Part shown: positions 8,854 to 18,498 of the stretch, piece after piece | How positions within the stretch are numbered: the stretch's first letter is position 1 | Layout of the letters: every line of letters starts with the position of its first letter | Assembly (NCBI GenBank): GCA_934633695.1 | Contig: CAKTYT010000005.1 | Coordinates: forward strand, 6,865-70,864 | Source of the DNA: an uncultured Clostridia bacterium | GTDB lineage: Bacteria; Bacillota; Clostridia; Christensenellales; CAG-138 | Length of the DNA: 64,000 bases | Direction of reading: 5' to 3' | Notes under the pieces: model-generated | Told to the model about the DNA's origin: nothing | The model's input: the letters and a program-made list of their open reading frames with translations, nothing else | Databases searched by the model: none | Program-made: the position numbers and the translations under genes

Positions 8854-9162
8854 TTATTCCCATTCAACTGCATCAATCGAAACAAGGTACTGCTCCATGA
8901 AATCCATATAGTCGTCAATAAACCTCATCAGATAGGTCTGATACTTGTCAAACCCCTTGCTTACACGCTTGACCATGCGTTCGTAAACGATCTCTTCGTC
9001 ATAAACGCCATCGTCACCTATCTCTTCGAGGTAGGCAGCATCGACACCGAGGAGTGCATCAATAAGAGCATTCATGTCCTCGTCGCTCATAAAATCAAAA
9101 TCTCCCTGGTTGCGGAACTTCTCCGCAATAAAATCTCTTGCCTGAATAGCATCAATTTCCAT
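8854..9162 (-). CDS. Small highly acidic hypothetical protein
   Basis: A 102-aa ORF with an AAAGGAG SD 7 nt upstream and its own terminator. By my count it has 27 D/E against 9 K/R. I recognise no family. Confidence 0.6.
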   Translation of the reverse strand: MEIDAIQARDFIAEKFRNQGDFDFMSDEDMNALIDALLGVDAAYLEEIGDDGVYDEEIVYERMVKRVSKGFDKYQTYLMRFIDDYMDFMEQYLVSIDAVEWE

Positions 9163-9188
9163 TTCAGTTCTCCTTTTGTTGTTTATTA

Positions 9189-9593
9189 CTAACCTACAAC
9201 ATCAAATTCCACCTCAGGCAGGAGTGAATAAAACCTGCTCGTGAAGCTCTCTTTGCTGTTGTCAGGCGAAATACCGAGTACAATTGTGCCGACGTTGTGA
9301 ACTCTTGCAAAGTGTGCCAACGCCGAGACAACATTATCCTCTTTAAGTATTGTCAGTTCAGCACCGACTGCACATGCTGCACCGAAAAGGTATTCTATTG
9401 CATTCGACTCATCGATCGAATTGAGAAAATGCCTCCCGGTCTGTACGCAATGAACAATAAAAATTTTTTGTTCCGGCAGTCGCCTTTTCGCCCCGTGAAT
9501 AACCAATCTTTCACAGGATTTCTGCCCCGTAACGCAAACCATCAGGTTCTTTACGGGTTCATTCTTTACAGAACATTCCGGCAAACTACTCAT
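9189..9593 (-). CDS. Stand-alone universal-stress-protein-like (KdpD Usp-type) domain protein
   Basis: The 134-aa ORF follows the pattern LMVCVTG...ERLV...GAELTIL...ALAHFARVHNVGTIVLG, which resembles the USP/KdpD-Usp fold. A GGAGAAG SD is present. Confidence 0.5.
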   Translation of the reverse strand: MSSLPECSVKNEPVKNLMVCVTGQKSCERLVIHGAKRRLPEQKIFIVHCVQTGRHFLNSIDESNAIEYLFGAACAVGAELTILKEDNVVSALAHFARVHNVGTIVLGISPDNSKESFTSRFYSLLPEVEFDVVG

Positions 9594-9613
9594 ACAACTT
9601 CTCCATACATATC

Positions 9614-10234
9614 TTAGTTTTTTTCACCGTGGGAAAGAATCTCGCGTGCCTTGTCCGGCAGATCTATCCTTGAATAATTCACGACCTGTTCCACCACCTG
9701 CTCCGGCGTTACGGCAACGGAATAAAGGCTTTTGAACCGTCCATCCGTGAATCCATCGGCGATGCATCTGTCAAACTGGGCCATAATGGAATTATAAAAG
9801 CCATTGAAATTACATACAACAATCGGCAAATCATGATAACCGAGCTGTTTCAGTGTAATGACCTCCATGAGCTCTTCAAGTGTACCGAACCCGCCGGCAA
9901 GAGCGACAAAACCGCAGCTCAGCCTCTCCATCAATGCCTTTCTTTCATGCATTGTGGCTGTCTCGATCCTCTCTGTGCAGTTTTCAAAATAAATGCCGGG
10001 AATGTTCAGCCTTTTCGGTATGACACCGATAATCTCGCCTCCGGCTCTTTCCGCACCTCTTGCAGTTCCGCCCATTAGGCCGGTCCTCCCTGCACCGAAC
10101 ACTATGCCGAACCCCGCTTCAACGAGGAGCATGCCGAGTTTTTCCGACATTGCTATGTACTCGTCCGCAATATTTTCACTCGACGCACCGAAAACGCATA
10201 TCCTCTTTCTTTCATTGCGAAGCTCAACGCTCAT
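9614..10234 (-). CDS. LOG-family (TIGR00730) nucleotide 5'-monophosphate nucleosidase
   Basis: The 206-aa ORF has the GGFGTLEEL motif (PGGxGTxxE) and a GAGRTGLMG loop. Confidence 0.8.
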   Translation of the reverse strand: MSVELRNERKRICVFGASSENIADEYIAMSEKLGMLLVEAGFGIVFGAGRTGLMGGTARGAERAGGEIIGVIPKRLNIPGIYFENCTERIETATMHERKALMERLSCGFVALAGGFGTLEELMEVITLKQLGYHDLPIVVCNFNGFYNSIMAQFDRCIADGFTDGRFKSLYSVAVTPEQVVEQVVNYSRIDLPDKAREILSHGEKN

Positions 10235-10418
10235 TTGTTCTTTCCCCTTTATTAATTCCCCCCTATTATATCATGGATTTTATGATCTTGAAATGAAAAA
10301 AATGTGAACAAAGGTGGATTTTTGAGTCCTTTTTTCACATTTGCCCCAAAAAGGATGATAAAAATAAATATATTTTTCCTTTGGTTGTTTTTTCCATCCA
10401 AATCTGTTACTATACAGT

Positions 10419-10560
10419 TAACAGAGTAGGTAATGGTGAGTTTCATAAGTGTTGGGAGTACAGGGAGTTGACTTTCGAACGAAAACTCATCCGTAAAGTG
10501 TAAATACTGTTTTAATGCACGTTCGGATATGTTGCTGTGCCATTGCCGCATCCCGCTGTT
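10419..10560 (+). promoter_or_regulatory. THF (folT-motif) riboswitch-like leader
   Basis: The 5' arm ACAGAGUAGGUAAUGG and the 3' arm CCAUUGCCGCAUCCCGCUGU mirror the THF aptamer P1/P2 (AGAGUAG...UUGCAUCCGCU). Internal UAAGUG, GGGA and CGAACGAAAACUC elements are present. It lies 74 nt upstream of a FolT-like gene. Confidence 0.6.
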
Positions 10561-10633
10561 ACTTTGATGAATCCCATTTCTTCTTTGCAAAGTAACAACG
10601 AATGCTCTCAGAAACGGAGGATTCGATTTTTTT

Positions 10634-11743
10634 ATGGAACAAAACAGGCACAAAACTATTCGAAACCAGCGTAATTACGCTCCAAATCGTGAACTGTTCA
10701 AAACCCCCTTTAACAGACTCTATTGGCAGCTTTCCGCAGCAGAGTTCGAGAATGTTAAAACGCTGATAATTGCGGCTCTCATTATTGCCGTACGTGTCGT
10801 TATCAAGGATTTCAAGATACCGATCATTCCGCCGGTACTATACTTCGGGTTCGATTTTCTCATAAATTCAGTTGGTTCAATGATTTACGGTCCCCTTGTC
10901 GCACTGGCTGTCGGTGCAGTCAGCGATACGCTCGGGGCAGTTATCTTCCCAATCGATACGTATTTTTTCCCATTTGTTTTCGTTGAGATGATGAGCGGCT
11001 TTATTTTTGCCCTCTTCCTCTACCGCCAGAAGCTCAGCACATGGCGTATCGTACTCTCGAGATTGGCTGTCGTCATTATATGCAATTTTATAATCAATCC
11101 GATTGTCATGACGTGGAACAACATCTTCTTCATGAAGAACCCCTATGAATTCATAACGCTTGCAAGAGTAATTAAAAACGCTGCAATGTTCCCTCTTGAG
11201 AGCGTCGTTCTCGTTTTTTGGCTCAGTGCAATAAACCTTGAACTTTACCGGCTCGGCCTTACTCACTCCAAGCCCGAAAAGCTCAAAATCGAGCCAAAAC
11301 ACATTATTGCCCTCGCTGCGGCGTTGGCAATTGCAGTTGCCGCAATCATCGGTTATTCATACTATAAGCGGAATTCCGATGCAAAAAAAGCCGCCCTCGA
11401 CTGCTTCCATCCCGAACAGAAAGTCACTGTTGAAAACAGCGGAACGGAAAAAATCGATGGGTCAAAAACATGCATTCTCGTTGCAACACTGAGCGATGGT
11501 GACAAGATCACTCTTCACTACGATATTGCAGCCAAGGAAATAACCGAAGCTGCCGCAGCTCAACAGGAAATTGCAGCCAAATGCAATGTAAAGGTTTCCG
11601 AGCTTGATGACTTCACTATCATCTTCGATGCAGACGGCGAGCTTGTCAGCTGGAGTGCAGAATTCAGCATCGGAGGAGAAAAATACTTTGCACTCAAGGA
11701 ATACAGTGGAATCTTGACCGTTGAACGCAGCGGTAAAGAATAA
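10634..11743 (+). CDS. Folate-family ECF transporter S component (FolT-like) with a C-terminal extension
   Basis: The N-terminal ~210 aa are a multi-TM region of FolT type (FKTPF..., SDTLGAVIFP). One more TM (IIALAAALAIAVAAIIGYSYY) and a ~125-aa soluble tail follow. Confidence 0.65.
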   Translation: MEQNRHKTIRNQRNYAPNRELFKTPFNRLYWQLSAAEFENVKTLIIAALIIAVRVVIKDFKIPIIPPVLYFGFDFLINSVGSMIYGPLVALAVGAVSDTLGAVIFPIDTYFFPFVFVEMMSGFIFALFLYRQKLSTWRIVLSRLAVVIICNFIINPIVMTWNNIFFMKNPYEFITLARVIKNAAMFPLESVVLVFWLSAINLELYRLGLTHSKPEKLKIEPKHIIALAAALAIAVAAIIGYSYYKRNSDAKKAALDCFHPEQKVTVENSGTEKIDGSKTCILVATLSDGDKITLHYDIAAKEITEAAAAQQEIAAKCNVKVSELDDFTIIFDADGELVSWSAEFSIGGEKYFALKEYSGILTVERSGKE

Positions 11744-11765
11744 AAATCAACTTAACTTTCAAAAA

Positions 11766-11796
11766 GAGCCGAGCAACTCCCTTCGGCTCTTTTTTG
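11766..11796 (+). terminator. Rho-independent terminator after the folT-like gene
   Basis: GAGCCGA-loop-TCGGCTC followed by T6. Confidence 0.8.
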
Positions 11797-11939
11797 TTTG
11801 AAATGAATCTCGTATTATCCCCTGAGCCGCCTTTTTTTACAGCGGCAATACTTATTTGCAGTGGCATTTTCTTTATTCGGTTGAAAAAAACATCCGTTTC
11901 TAGTATAATCTACTCATCAAACAAAAGGAGTTTCCGATA

Positions 11940-13043
11940 ATGAAAAGCTTCAAACTATTCCCCCGTCTTCTCGCTCTCTGCATTGCGGTTATGACCTTTT
12001 TCTGCATTTTTGCAGGCTGCGGCGGTAAATCGACGGGCAAGGATACCCCCGAAAACAATCCCCTTTATCAATACGACGAGGTGGTTGAATTCAATAAGAA
12101 TAGCGTTATTCCCATGATTTTGGGTACAAAGGTGAGCGAAATAACCAATGGATACGAGCTTCGCGGCGGAACAGCCGATCATTTTGAGACTTACCTTTCA
12201 AAGGAAAATCTGTTCGTTTCCTACTACTTCAGCAGGCATGATATAAACGAGCAGGGTGAGCTTTATGCAACCGCCGTCCGCGTTCGTCCCGAATCGAGAA
12301 GTGTTGAGAAGGATTCCAACGGAAACAGAACGACCGTTTATTCTTCAAGCAACCCCGTTATGGGCGTTGAACTCGGCGAAACCTCCGAATCAGCAGGCAA
12401 AAAGCTTGAGGCATTCGGCTATAAATCCGTTTACAAAGAAACTAATACGACCAATATGCCCAAAAGCCTCGAGTACACCTATGTGAAGGGTATAATGATC
12501 ATATCGCTGGCAGTTGAAAGCAATTCCGATCAGGTTTCCTCAATTTATGCGTGGATACCTTATGACATTGCGGACATTACCGAAGCACAGTCTGACTGCG
12601 TACTTCCTGCGGAACTCGGTCTCGTCTATAATGTCCTCGGCAATTCTGCTTTCTCATATAAAGAGAAGGACGAGTACTGCAGGGTCTATGCCTCCCCGTC
12701 AGGTACAACTTGTGTACTTCGCGGTTATCCCGATGCTTCCGATATGATCATGAATGCAGAAGTCAGCTTTACCGCCGGGAACTACAGCATCAGCGGTGCG
12801 GTGTGCGGCATGACAATTTCAAATGCAGTCGAAAAGCTCCTTGCTGCCGGTTGGGTACGCCAGGGCGAAAATCTTATTTTCACAAGAGGCCTTCTCACCG
12901 TTAAGATCTTCACAAACCCGTCTGCAAGCTATAATGACGAGCCCTCAGCTTCTGACGATGGCAGCGTTGTTGCAATGCTCAGGCTCTGCCTCCCCGAGCC
13001 TACTATGCTCGACAAAATTCAGACTTCAGACGGCGAAAAATAA
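11940..13043 (+). CDS. Hypothetical lipoprotein
   Basis: The 367-aa ORF has a signal peptide ending in the lipobox IFAGC and an AAAGGAG SD. I recognise no family. Confidence 0.6.
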   Translation: MKSFKLFPRLLALCIAVMTFFCIFAGCGGKSTGKDTPENNPLYQYDEVVEFNKNSVIPMILGTKVSEITNGYELRGGTADHFETYLSKENLFVSYYFSRHDINEQGELYATAVRVRPESRSVEKDSNGNRTTVYSSSNPVMGVELGETSESAGKKLEAFGYKSVYKETNTTNMPKSLEYTYVKGIMIISLAVESNSDQVSSIYAWIPYDIADITEAQSDCVLPAELGLVYNVLGNSAFSYKEKDEYCRVYASPSGTTCVLRGYPDASDMIMNAEVSFTAGNYSISGAVCGMTISNAVEKLLAAGWVRQGENLIFTRGLLTVKIFTNPSASYNDEPSASDDGSVVAMLRLCLPEPTMLDKIQTSDGEK

Positions 13044-13091
13044 CAGTACCGTCGCTGCCTTTCCAAATTAGAACTCTTATTGCACAGACAC

Positions 13092-13129
13092 AAAAAGACC
13101 TAATCACAGCTGCGTGATCAGGTCTTTTT
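13092..13129. terminator. Bidirectional terminator hairpin
   Basis: A5-GACCTAATCAC...GTGATCAGGTC-T5 sits between convergent genes. Confidence 0.7.
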
Positions 13130-13130
13130 G

Positions 13131-13406
13131 TCAGCTTAAAAACAAGAATCCCATTGCTTCCGTCTGCACAACGGCGAACAATGTAAAGAAAACAACGAAG
13201 TACCAATGCTTTGTCTTGTGGCGAAAGATCAGCATACCCGAAAATGCACCGATACCGCCGCCTATTAGTGCGAAAATGAACAGCGTCAATTCCTTTACTC
13301 GCCATTCTTTTCTTTCTGCACGCTTTTTATCAATTCCCATAAGGCAAAAAGCAATGACAGAAAGCACAGCCACATAAATTAAGATGATGGTATGAATTCT
13401 ATCCAT
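13131..13406 (-). CDS. DUF1294 family membrane protein
   Basis: The 91-aa ORF contains GIDKKRA...WRV.E..L...ALIGGGIGAF.GM..FRHKT.H, typical of DUF1294. Confidence 0.75.
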   Translation of the reverse strand: MDRIHTIILIYVAVLSVIAFCLMGIDKKRAERKEWRVKELTLFIFALIGGGIGAFSGMLIFRHKTKHWYFVVFFTLFAVVQTEAMGFLFLS

Positions 13407-13419
13407 TTTACTCGCTCCT

Positions 13420-14283
13420 TCAGTACTCTTCGCCCAACTCTATCGCAACTCTGTATGCTTCGTTTTTGGATGAATTCAGTGCATAAGAAGCGATTTTTGC
13501 AGCATCCTTCGCTCTTACGCCTGCCGAAAGAAGCTGCTTGAGAACATTTTTAAGTTTCTCAGTGTCCGCATTATCAGCCACGTTATTTTCCGCAGGACCG
13601 ATGACAATGACACATTCGCCCTTAGGCGGTGTCTGTGCGTATTTTTCGGAAAGTCCAAGCAAATTTCCTCTCACCGCTTCTTCATGCAGCTTCGTAAGCT
13701 CACGCACAACTGCACACGGACGGTTTCCGAGCCTCTGATAAAGCTCCGCAAGCGTTGCACCGACCCTCATCGGACTTTCATACACGACACACACTGCACT
13801 CTGCCGTCTAAGCTCTTCAATTGCTTCTGTTCGCTCTGCTCCGCTCCTCGGCAGGAAGCCACAGAAGAACAGTTTCTTGGTCGAAAAACCCGACATTACC
13901 CATGCCATCAACGCAGCATTTGCCCCGGGAAAAACCTCAAACGGAAGGTCATTCCTGATAAAGTATCGAATGAGCCTTTCGCCGGGGTCGGATACCGCAG
14001 GCATACCTGCATCACTCACAAACGCGATGCTCTTGCCGTTCATCACATGGCCGGCAATTTCCGCCGCCTTCTGCTCCTCATTGTGTTCATGGCAGCTGTA
14101 AACCGGTTTTCTTATCTCGTAATAATTTAGCAGCTTAAGCGTATTTCTCGTATCCTCACAATAAATCGCATCAACACTTTGCAGCGTTTCAAGGGTTCTG
14201 AGACTTATGTCCCCAAGGTTGCCGATAGGAGTCGGCAGGAGAAACAACTTAGCTTGCCGTAAATTATTTTCATTGCTGTTCAT
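13420..14283 (-). CDS. rsmI: 16S rRNA (cytidine1402-2'-O)-methyltransferase RsmI
   Basis: The 287-aa ORF contains LFLLPTPIGNLGDISLRTLETLQSVDAIYCEDTR. Confidence 0.9.
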   Translation of the reverse strand: MNSNENNLRQAKLFLLPTPIGNLGDISLRTLETLQSVDAIYCEDTRNTLKLLNYYEIRKPVYSCHEHNEEQKAAEIAGHVMNGKSIAFVSDAGMPAVSDPGERLIRYFIRNDLPFEVFPGANAALMAWVMSGFSTKKLFFCGFLPRSGAERTEAIEELRRQSAVCVVYESPMRVGATLAELYQRLGNRPCAVVRELTKLHEEAVRGNLLGLSEKYAQTPPKGECVIVIGPAENNVADNADTEKLKNVLKQLLSAGVRAKDAAKIASYALNSSKNEAYRVAIELGEEY

Positions 14284-15016
14284 GGTAAATTCGCCTTACC
14301 TCTTTGGTATATTGTTTATTTTTTTCGTAAATGATCAGATTTTTTTCAATTATCATTCCGGGCTTTGCCCCCTTTTTTCCCTCGATCAACGCAAGATATG
14401 GCCTTGCCTCCGAAGTTGACGCAACAAACCTTATCACTTTCGGCTCGATACCATTCATCTTCAAGGAGAAAACTGCATCGCACACTCTGCCCGCAGGAAA
14501 GCACATAAACAGCTTTCCGCCAAACTTGAGAAGTTTATTTGTTACTTCTGAAATCCCATCAATATCTGCACACAATTCATGCGTTGCGGACCCTGAATCC
14601 GGTATTGAACCACAGTTATTCTTAAAATAAGGAGGGTTGCATATGACAGCATCGTAAATACCCCTGCCGATCTTATCGTATTCTGCAATATAATCGAGAT
14701 TCATTGCCCTGACATTTTCGCCAATGTGATTTAAATCAATGCTTCTCTCAATTCTTGAATACTGATTTTTATCAATTTCAACGGCGGTAACTCTGCAATT
14801 CGTTCTTGCATGGACCAAAATCGAAAGTACTCCGCAGCCTGCACCTAAGTCGATACAATTTGCCTTTGCCCCGACTCTGCAAAATCCCGCAAGCAAAACT
14901 GAATCAGTGCCGAATCTGAAGGAATCCGAGGCTTGAATCACCTTCATTCCCTTAAATTGAAGATCCTCCAGCCTTTCGCCGTCTTTCAAAAAAATTTTCT
15001 CTTTGTCCGGCATCAT
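14270..15016 (-). CDS. N6-adenine-type SAM methyltransferase (YabB / tRNA1Val m6A37 TrmN6-like)
   Basis: The 248-aa ORF has DLGAGCG and NPPYF motifs. It sits immediately upstream of rsmI, as yabB does in Bacillus. Confidence 0.7.
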   Translation of the reverse strand: MMPDKEKIFLKDGERLEDLQFKGMKVIQASDSFRFGTDSVLLAGFCRVGAKANCIDLGAGCGVLSILVHARTNCRVTAVEIDKNQYSRIERSIDLNHIGENVRAMNLDYIAEYDKIGRGIYDAVICNPPYFKNNCGSIPDSGSATHELCADIDGISEVTNKLLKFGGKLFMCFPAGRVCDAVFSLKMNGIEPKVIRFVASTSEARPYLALIEGKKGAKPGMIIEKNLIIYEKNKQYTKEVRRIYHEQQ

Positions 15017-15717
15017 TTTCCCGGTATCAGTTTCAAAATAAGGTTTGACGTGTAAAAGATTTTTGCCAGTTTACTCGAATCAAGCATGTTCTTTATTGAA
15101 TCAAACGGCAGAACTGTCAACACAGCGGGGATTATCGTGCAGAGAATAAGTGCGGATATCATCCCCCTCAGCACACTGACAGTGGCACCGAGCAGGGCAT
15201 CCGCTTTTCGCAGCTTTGGAAAAACGATCGAGTAATCTACCCAGCAAAGTACAAACGTCAACAATACTCTGAATAAGAAATAAGCAATCAAGAATGACAT
15301 TATATTTATTGTAACGCGAACAATGCTTTCATTGAAATAATCTCCCAGTGTTTCAACGCCCTCCCCCTTAAACGCTTCGTGCATGATGTTGTCGTAAACC
15401 CTGTCCTTCATTGGAAACGGGAGCTTCGACTTTTCCATTATTTCATCAAGCTGATCATTTGAGATTTCGATAATGTTCTTTTTGACGAGCTCAACATCGT
15501 AGACATATTCCGAACCTTCCGTGTAGCTTAGCATAGCTTCATAAAATACATAGTTATTTATAAAGGCCTTTGCAATTATTCCTCTGCATGCAAAGCCCAG
15601 TACACACGAAAGCACCATCGCCCCCAGTGCGGCAATACTCCAGGTGAATCCCTTATAGACTCCTGACAACACGAAAACTCCGACCAGTGCCAATATAATT
15701 ATTGCAACGTAATCCAT
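15013..15717 (-). CDS. CvpA family membrane protein
   Basis: Translation from MDYVAIIILALVGVFVLSGVYKGF... matches the CvpA-like N-terminus. A GGGAG SD precedes the ATG at 15717. Confidence 0.7.
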   Translation of the reverse strand: MDYVAIIILALVGVFVLSGVYKGFTWSIAALGAMVLSCVLGFACRGIIAKAFINNYVFYEAMLSYTEGSEYVYDVELVKKNIIEISNDQLDEIMEKSKLPFPMKDRVYDNIMHEAFKGEGVETLGDYFNESIVRVTINIMSFLIAYFLFRVLLTFVLCWVDYSIVFPKLRKADALLGATVSVLRGMISALILCTIIPAVLTVLPFDSIKNMLDSSKLAKIFYTSNLILKLIPGK

Positions 15718-15744
15718 TCTTTCAGCTCCCTTCAAATAAAACGC

Positions 15745-16851
15745 TTACAGAATCTTCTTTCTCGGCTTGCATAGTGAAAATTCACCGTTTCCGAAGACAA
15801 CAAAATTTCCATTTTCAAGAAAAATCACTCTCTCGATTTGATGATCAAATTCAGTAACCTGCTCCCTATCCCCTGTTGCACCGTATTTTTCAACTGAGTT
15901 AGCATTGATAATGATGAGCGAACCGTCAATCGATGCACATGCAAGCATATCATCCGGAGCATAGATCGTCAGCGAGCTTTCACTCGGCACTTCTTTTTCT
16001 TTGACTTTGAGGAACTTTATATGCATGCTCGACTCCGATTCAGGCTGAAGAGCGAAGCAGCACACTCCACTCTTCCCCACGGAAAACCCATTATCATCGC
16101 AATCGTAGCCGTACGAAAGTAAGCTATACACTTCTTTGTTTGTTTTTCGATCAAACCTTATCATTTCCCTCGTGCAGAAAACAAAAACGCTCGACTCCGT
16201 GAAAAAAATATTCTTGACTAACTGACCCTGCACCGTCATGACGCCTGTAACACTGCCTCGGCTCAAATCATATGTAGTCACTGAAGATGAAACGCAATCC
16301 CCTGCCGTAACAAGTTCAACGGTCCACAACACCGGGGCGGATTTGCTTTCAAACCCAAAATCGGTAAGCACGGAGGTTGAAAAATCAAGTGTCATTATTT
16401 CGTTTCCAAGCGAATTAAACGCATGAAGTACACCTTTTGTAGTGTCACTTTTTTCGTATACTGCGACAAAATCACCTCCGCATTCGACCTTGCCTATCTC
16501 GCCTTCAAACTCAATGGCATCTCTCGAGCCGACAATATTCATCGCTTTCTCATTAAAAACTACATTTACTCCACTTGAACCGCAGATGTCGGCAGTACTT
16601 GATGAAATTGAGCGTGAAAAAGCATCCCCCTTTTTTCCCGTACCGTATCTGCAAAAAGTCGTCCCATCGTATGTTATGATATCAGTTCCGCACGAATAGA
16701 CCTTCTCCGCATTTTTTATTTTAAGAAGGCTGATGTCAACAGCTTTATTGTCATTTAATAGAACTGAAACCACCAGTACCGCTGCTGCAATAATCGCAAG
16801 CGTTATGGCAACTGCACCTATCTTCACTCCCCGTTTTCTTTTTCTGGGCAT
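15745..16851 (-). CDS. Membrane-anchored hypothetical protein (beta-rich ectodomain)
   Basis: The 368-aa ORF has a basic N-terminus, one TM segment and an AAAGGAG SD. Function unknown. Confidence 0.55.
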   Translation of the reverse strand: MPRKRKRGVKIGAVAITLAIIAAAVLVVSVLLNDNKAVDISLLKIKNAEKVYSCGTDIITYDGTTFCRYGTGKKGDAFSRSISSSTADICGSSGVNVVFNEKAMNIVGSRDAIEFEGEIGKVECGGDFVAVYEKSDTTKGVLHAFNSLGNEIMTLDFSTSVLTDFGFESKSAPVLWTVELVTAGDCVSSSVTTYDLSRGSVTGVMTVQGQLVKNIFFTESSVFVFCTREMIRFDRKTNKEVYSLLSYGYDCDDNGFSVGKSGVCCFALQPESESSMHIKFLKVKEKEVPSESSLTIYAPDDMLACASIDGSLIIINANSVEKYGATGDREQVTEFDHQIERVIFLENGNFVVFGNGEFSLCKPRKKIL

Positions 16852-16893
16852 TTTGTGCTCCTTTCAATCAAACAGTAAATACAGCCAATCATT

Positions 16894-17775
16894 TTATTTT
16901 CTCACTATTTTTATCGCTCCCGGGAGAATTCTGTACTCAACCGGAGTGCCGTTCATAACTTCTCCGTCAAGTTCGATTTTGTACTGTCCGTCCGTTTCGA
17001 TTCTGATTTGTTCTGTTTTAAAATAATGGACCGGTTTTTTATCGACATGCTTTCCCTTCAAAAACAGCGGCAGCAGTGCCAGCATATGGAAAAATCCGAT
17101 GTATTCAACAACGCAGACATCGAATTTGCCGTCGTCAGTCAATGCATTCGGCGTTGCAAGCATCCCTCCGCCGAATCTTGTCCCGTTTCCGACAACGATT
17201 AGAAGCACGTCCATTTCCGTCGAAAATTCCTTACTCGAAATCCTCGCATGAATTTTTTTGCGATGGACTATTGTTTTTATAAGCCCCATAATGTACGGAG
17301 CCATACCGCTTCTGCCCTTTTTGAACCTGTCCGTATTTACCAGTACATCAACGTCAAAGCCCTGTCCGCCAACATTGATGAACTTATGTTCATCGTTCGC
17401 AATGCCCATATCAAGGTCATACGTCTTTCCCCTTACAAGAACCTCAACCGCCTTTTCTTCATCCTGCGGCAGATCCAATGCTCCTGCAATGTCATTCCCC
17501 GTTCCAAACGGAAGAATTCCCATTTTAACTCCTTCAACACCACAAAGGACTGAGCTGACTTCGTTCACTGTTCCGTCTCCGCCGACCGCAACTATATATT
17601 TTTCATTGTTTTTCAATGCTTCTCTGGCAATTTCCATAGCATGCAGGGGATACTTTGTGAACTTTGCACAATAATCCACCCCCTTCTTCTTCAGAATCAC
17701 TTCTGCCTTTTGAAACATTTGCTTGCATCTGCCTGACCCGGCAGTTTCATTAACAATCAAAAAAATATCGGACAT
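16894..17775 (-). CDS. Diacylglycerol/lipid kinase family protein (YegS/DagK type)
   Basis: Translation from MSDIFLIVNETAGSG... contains the GGDGTVNEV motif. Confidence 0.8.
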   Translation of the reverse strand: MSDIFLIVNETAGSGRCKQMFQKAEVILKKKGVDYCAKFTKYPLHAMEIAREALKNNEKYIVAVGGDGTVNEVSSVLCGVEGVKMGILPFGTGNDIAGALDLPQDEEKAVEVLVRGKTYDLDMGIANDEHKFINVGGQGFDVDVLVNTDRFKKGRSGMAPYIMGLIKTIVHRKKIHARISSKEFSTEMDVLLIVVGNGTRFGGGMLATPNALTDDGKFDVCVVEYIGFFHMLALLPLFLKGKHVDKKPVHYFKTEQIRIETDGQYKIELDGEVMNGTPVEYRILPGAIKIVRK

Positions 17776-17945
17776 CGACCTACCCCTTTCACATTGAGCA
17801 GAATTATCACTTGGATCCATTCGACAATTATCGGCACCATTCTGCACTGCTCATAATATCGCAAAGAGGTTTTGCTGTCAATCAACAATGGAACTTTTTT
17901 GAACAAAAACCGAAGCAAGCGGATGCCCGCTCCGGTCTTGCAAAC

Positions 17946-18479
17946 TTAAAATTTCTCTCTGTGGAGAGCTGTGTATGTGACTCTCCCCTTGTCCCTCGTG
18001 CTTTCAAACAGGGTGATGCCCGAAACAGTCATTTCGCTTTCAATTTCGATTTTGCGAAGCTCTGCTCCGACAAGCTCGTCATGCTCAACATTTCTCCCAA
18101 GGGTAATATGCGGAGAGTACCGCTTATATTCCCGTGAAAAACCGTTGTCGGCAAGGGCTGACTCGAGCGACTCATGGAGAATATTCAGTTCTTTAAGCTC
18201 CCCTTCAACTCCGATAAAGGAAGTTTTTCTGTCGCCCTTTACAAAATAGTCATACCTTCCCGGTTTCAGTACAAACGGACGGATGCCCTCACATGCACTC
18301 TTCATCGCCTCAACCGCACCATTTAGGTCGCCGCTCTCACCGATGAAATGAAGCGTAATATGCATATTTTCTTCAGGAACAAATCTTCCGGCATTACTGA
18401 GGATTTTAAGTTCTCTCATAACTGCCGATATTTTCGATTTAACAGTTTTCGGCAACTCGATCGCAATAAAAAGTCTCAT
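17946..18479 (-). CDS. thpR: RNA 2',3'-cyclic phosphodiesterase ThpR (2H/LigT family)
   Basis: The 177-aa ORF has two HxTx motifs (HITLHF and HITLGR). Confidence 0.85.
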   Translation of the reverse strand: MRLFIAIELPKTVKSKISAVMRELKILSNAGRFVPEENMHITLHFIGESGDLNGAVEAMKSACEGIRPFVLKPGRYDYFVKGDRKTSFIGVEGELKELNILHESLESALADNGFSREYKRYSPHITLGRNVEHDELVGAELRKIEIESEMTVSGITLFESTRDKGRVTYTALHREKF

Positions 18480-18498
18480 GCTTCATCCTGCCCTCAGG

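Noticed and set aside
10252-10653. A 133-aa minus-strand ORF in the LOG/folT intergenic region.
   Set aside because: It overlaps the THF-riboswitch-like element and the folT SD, and has no SD of its own.
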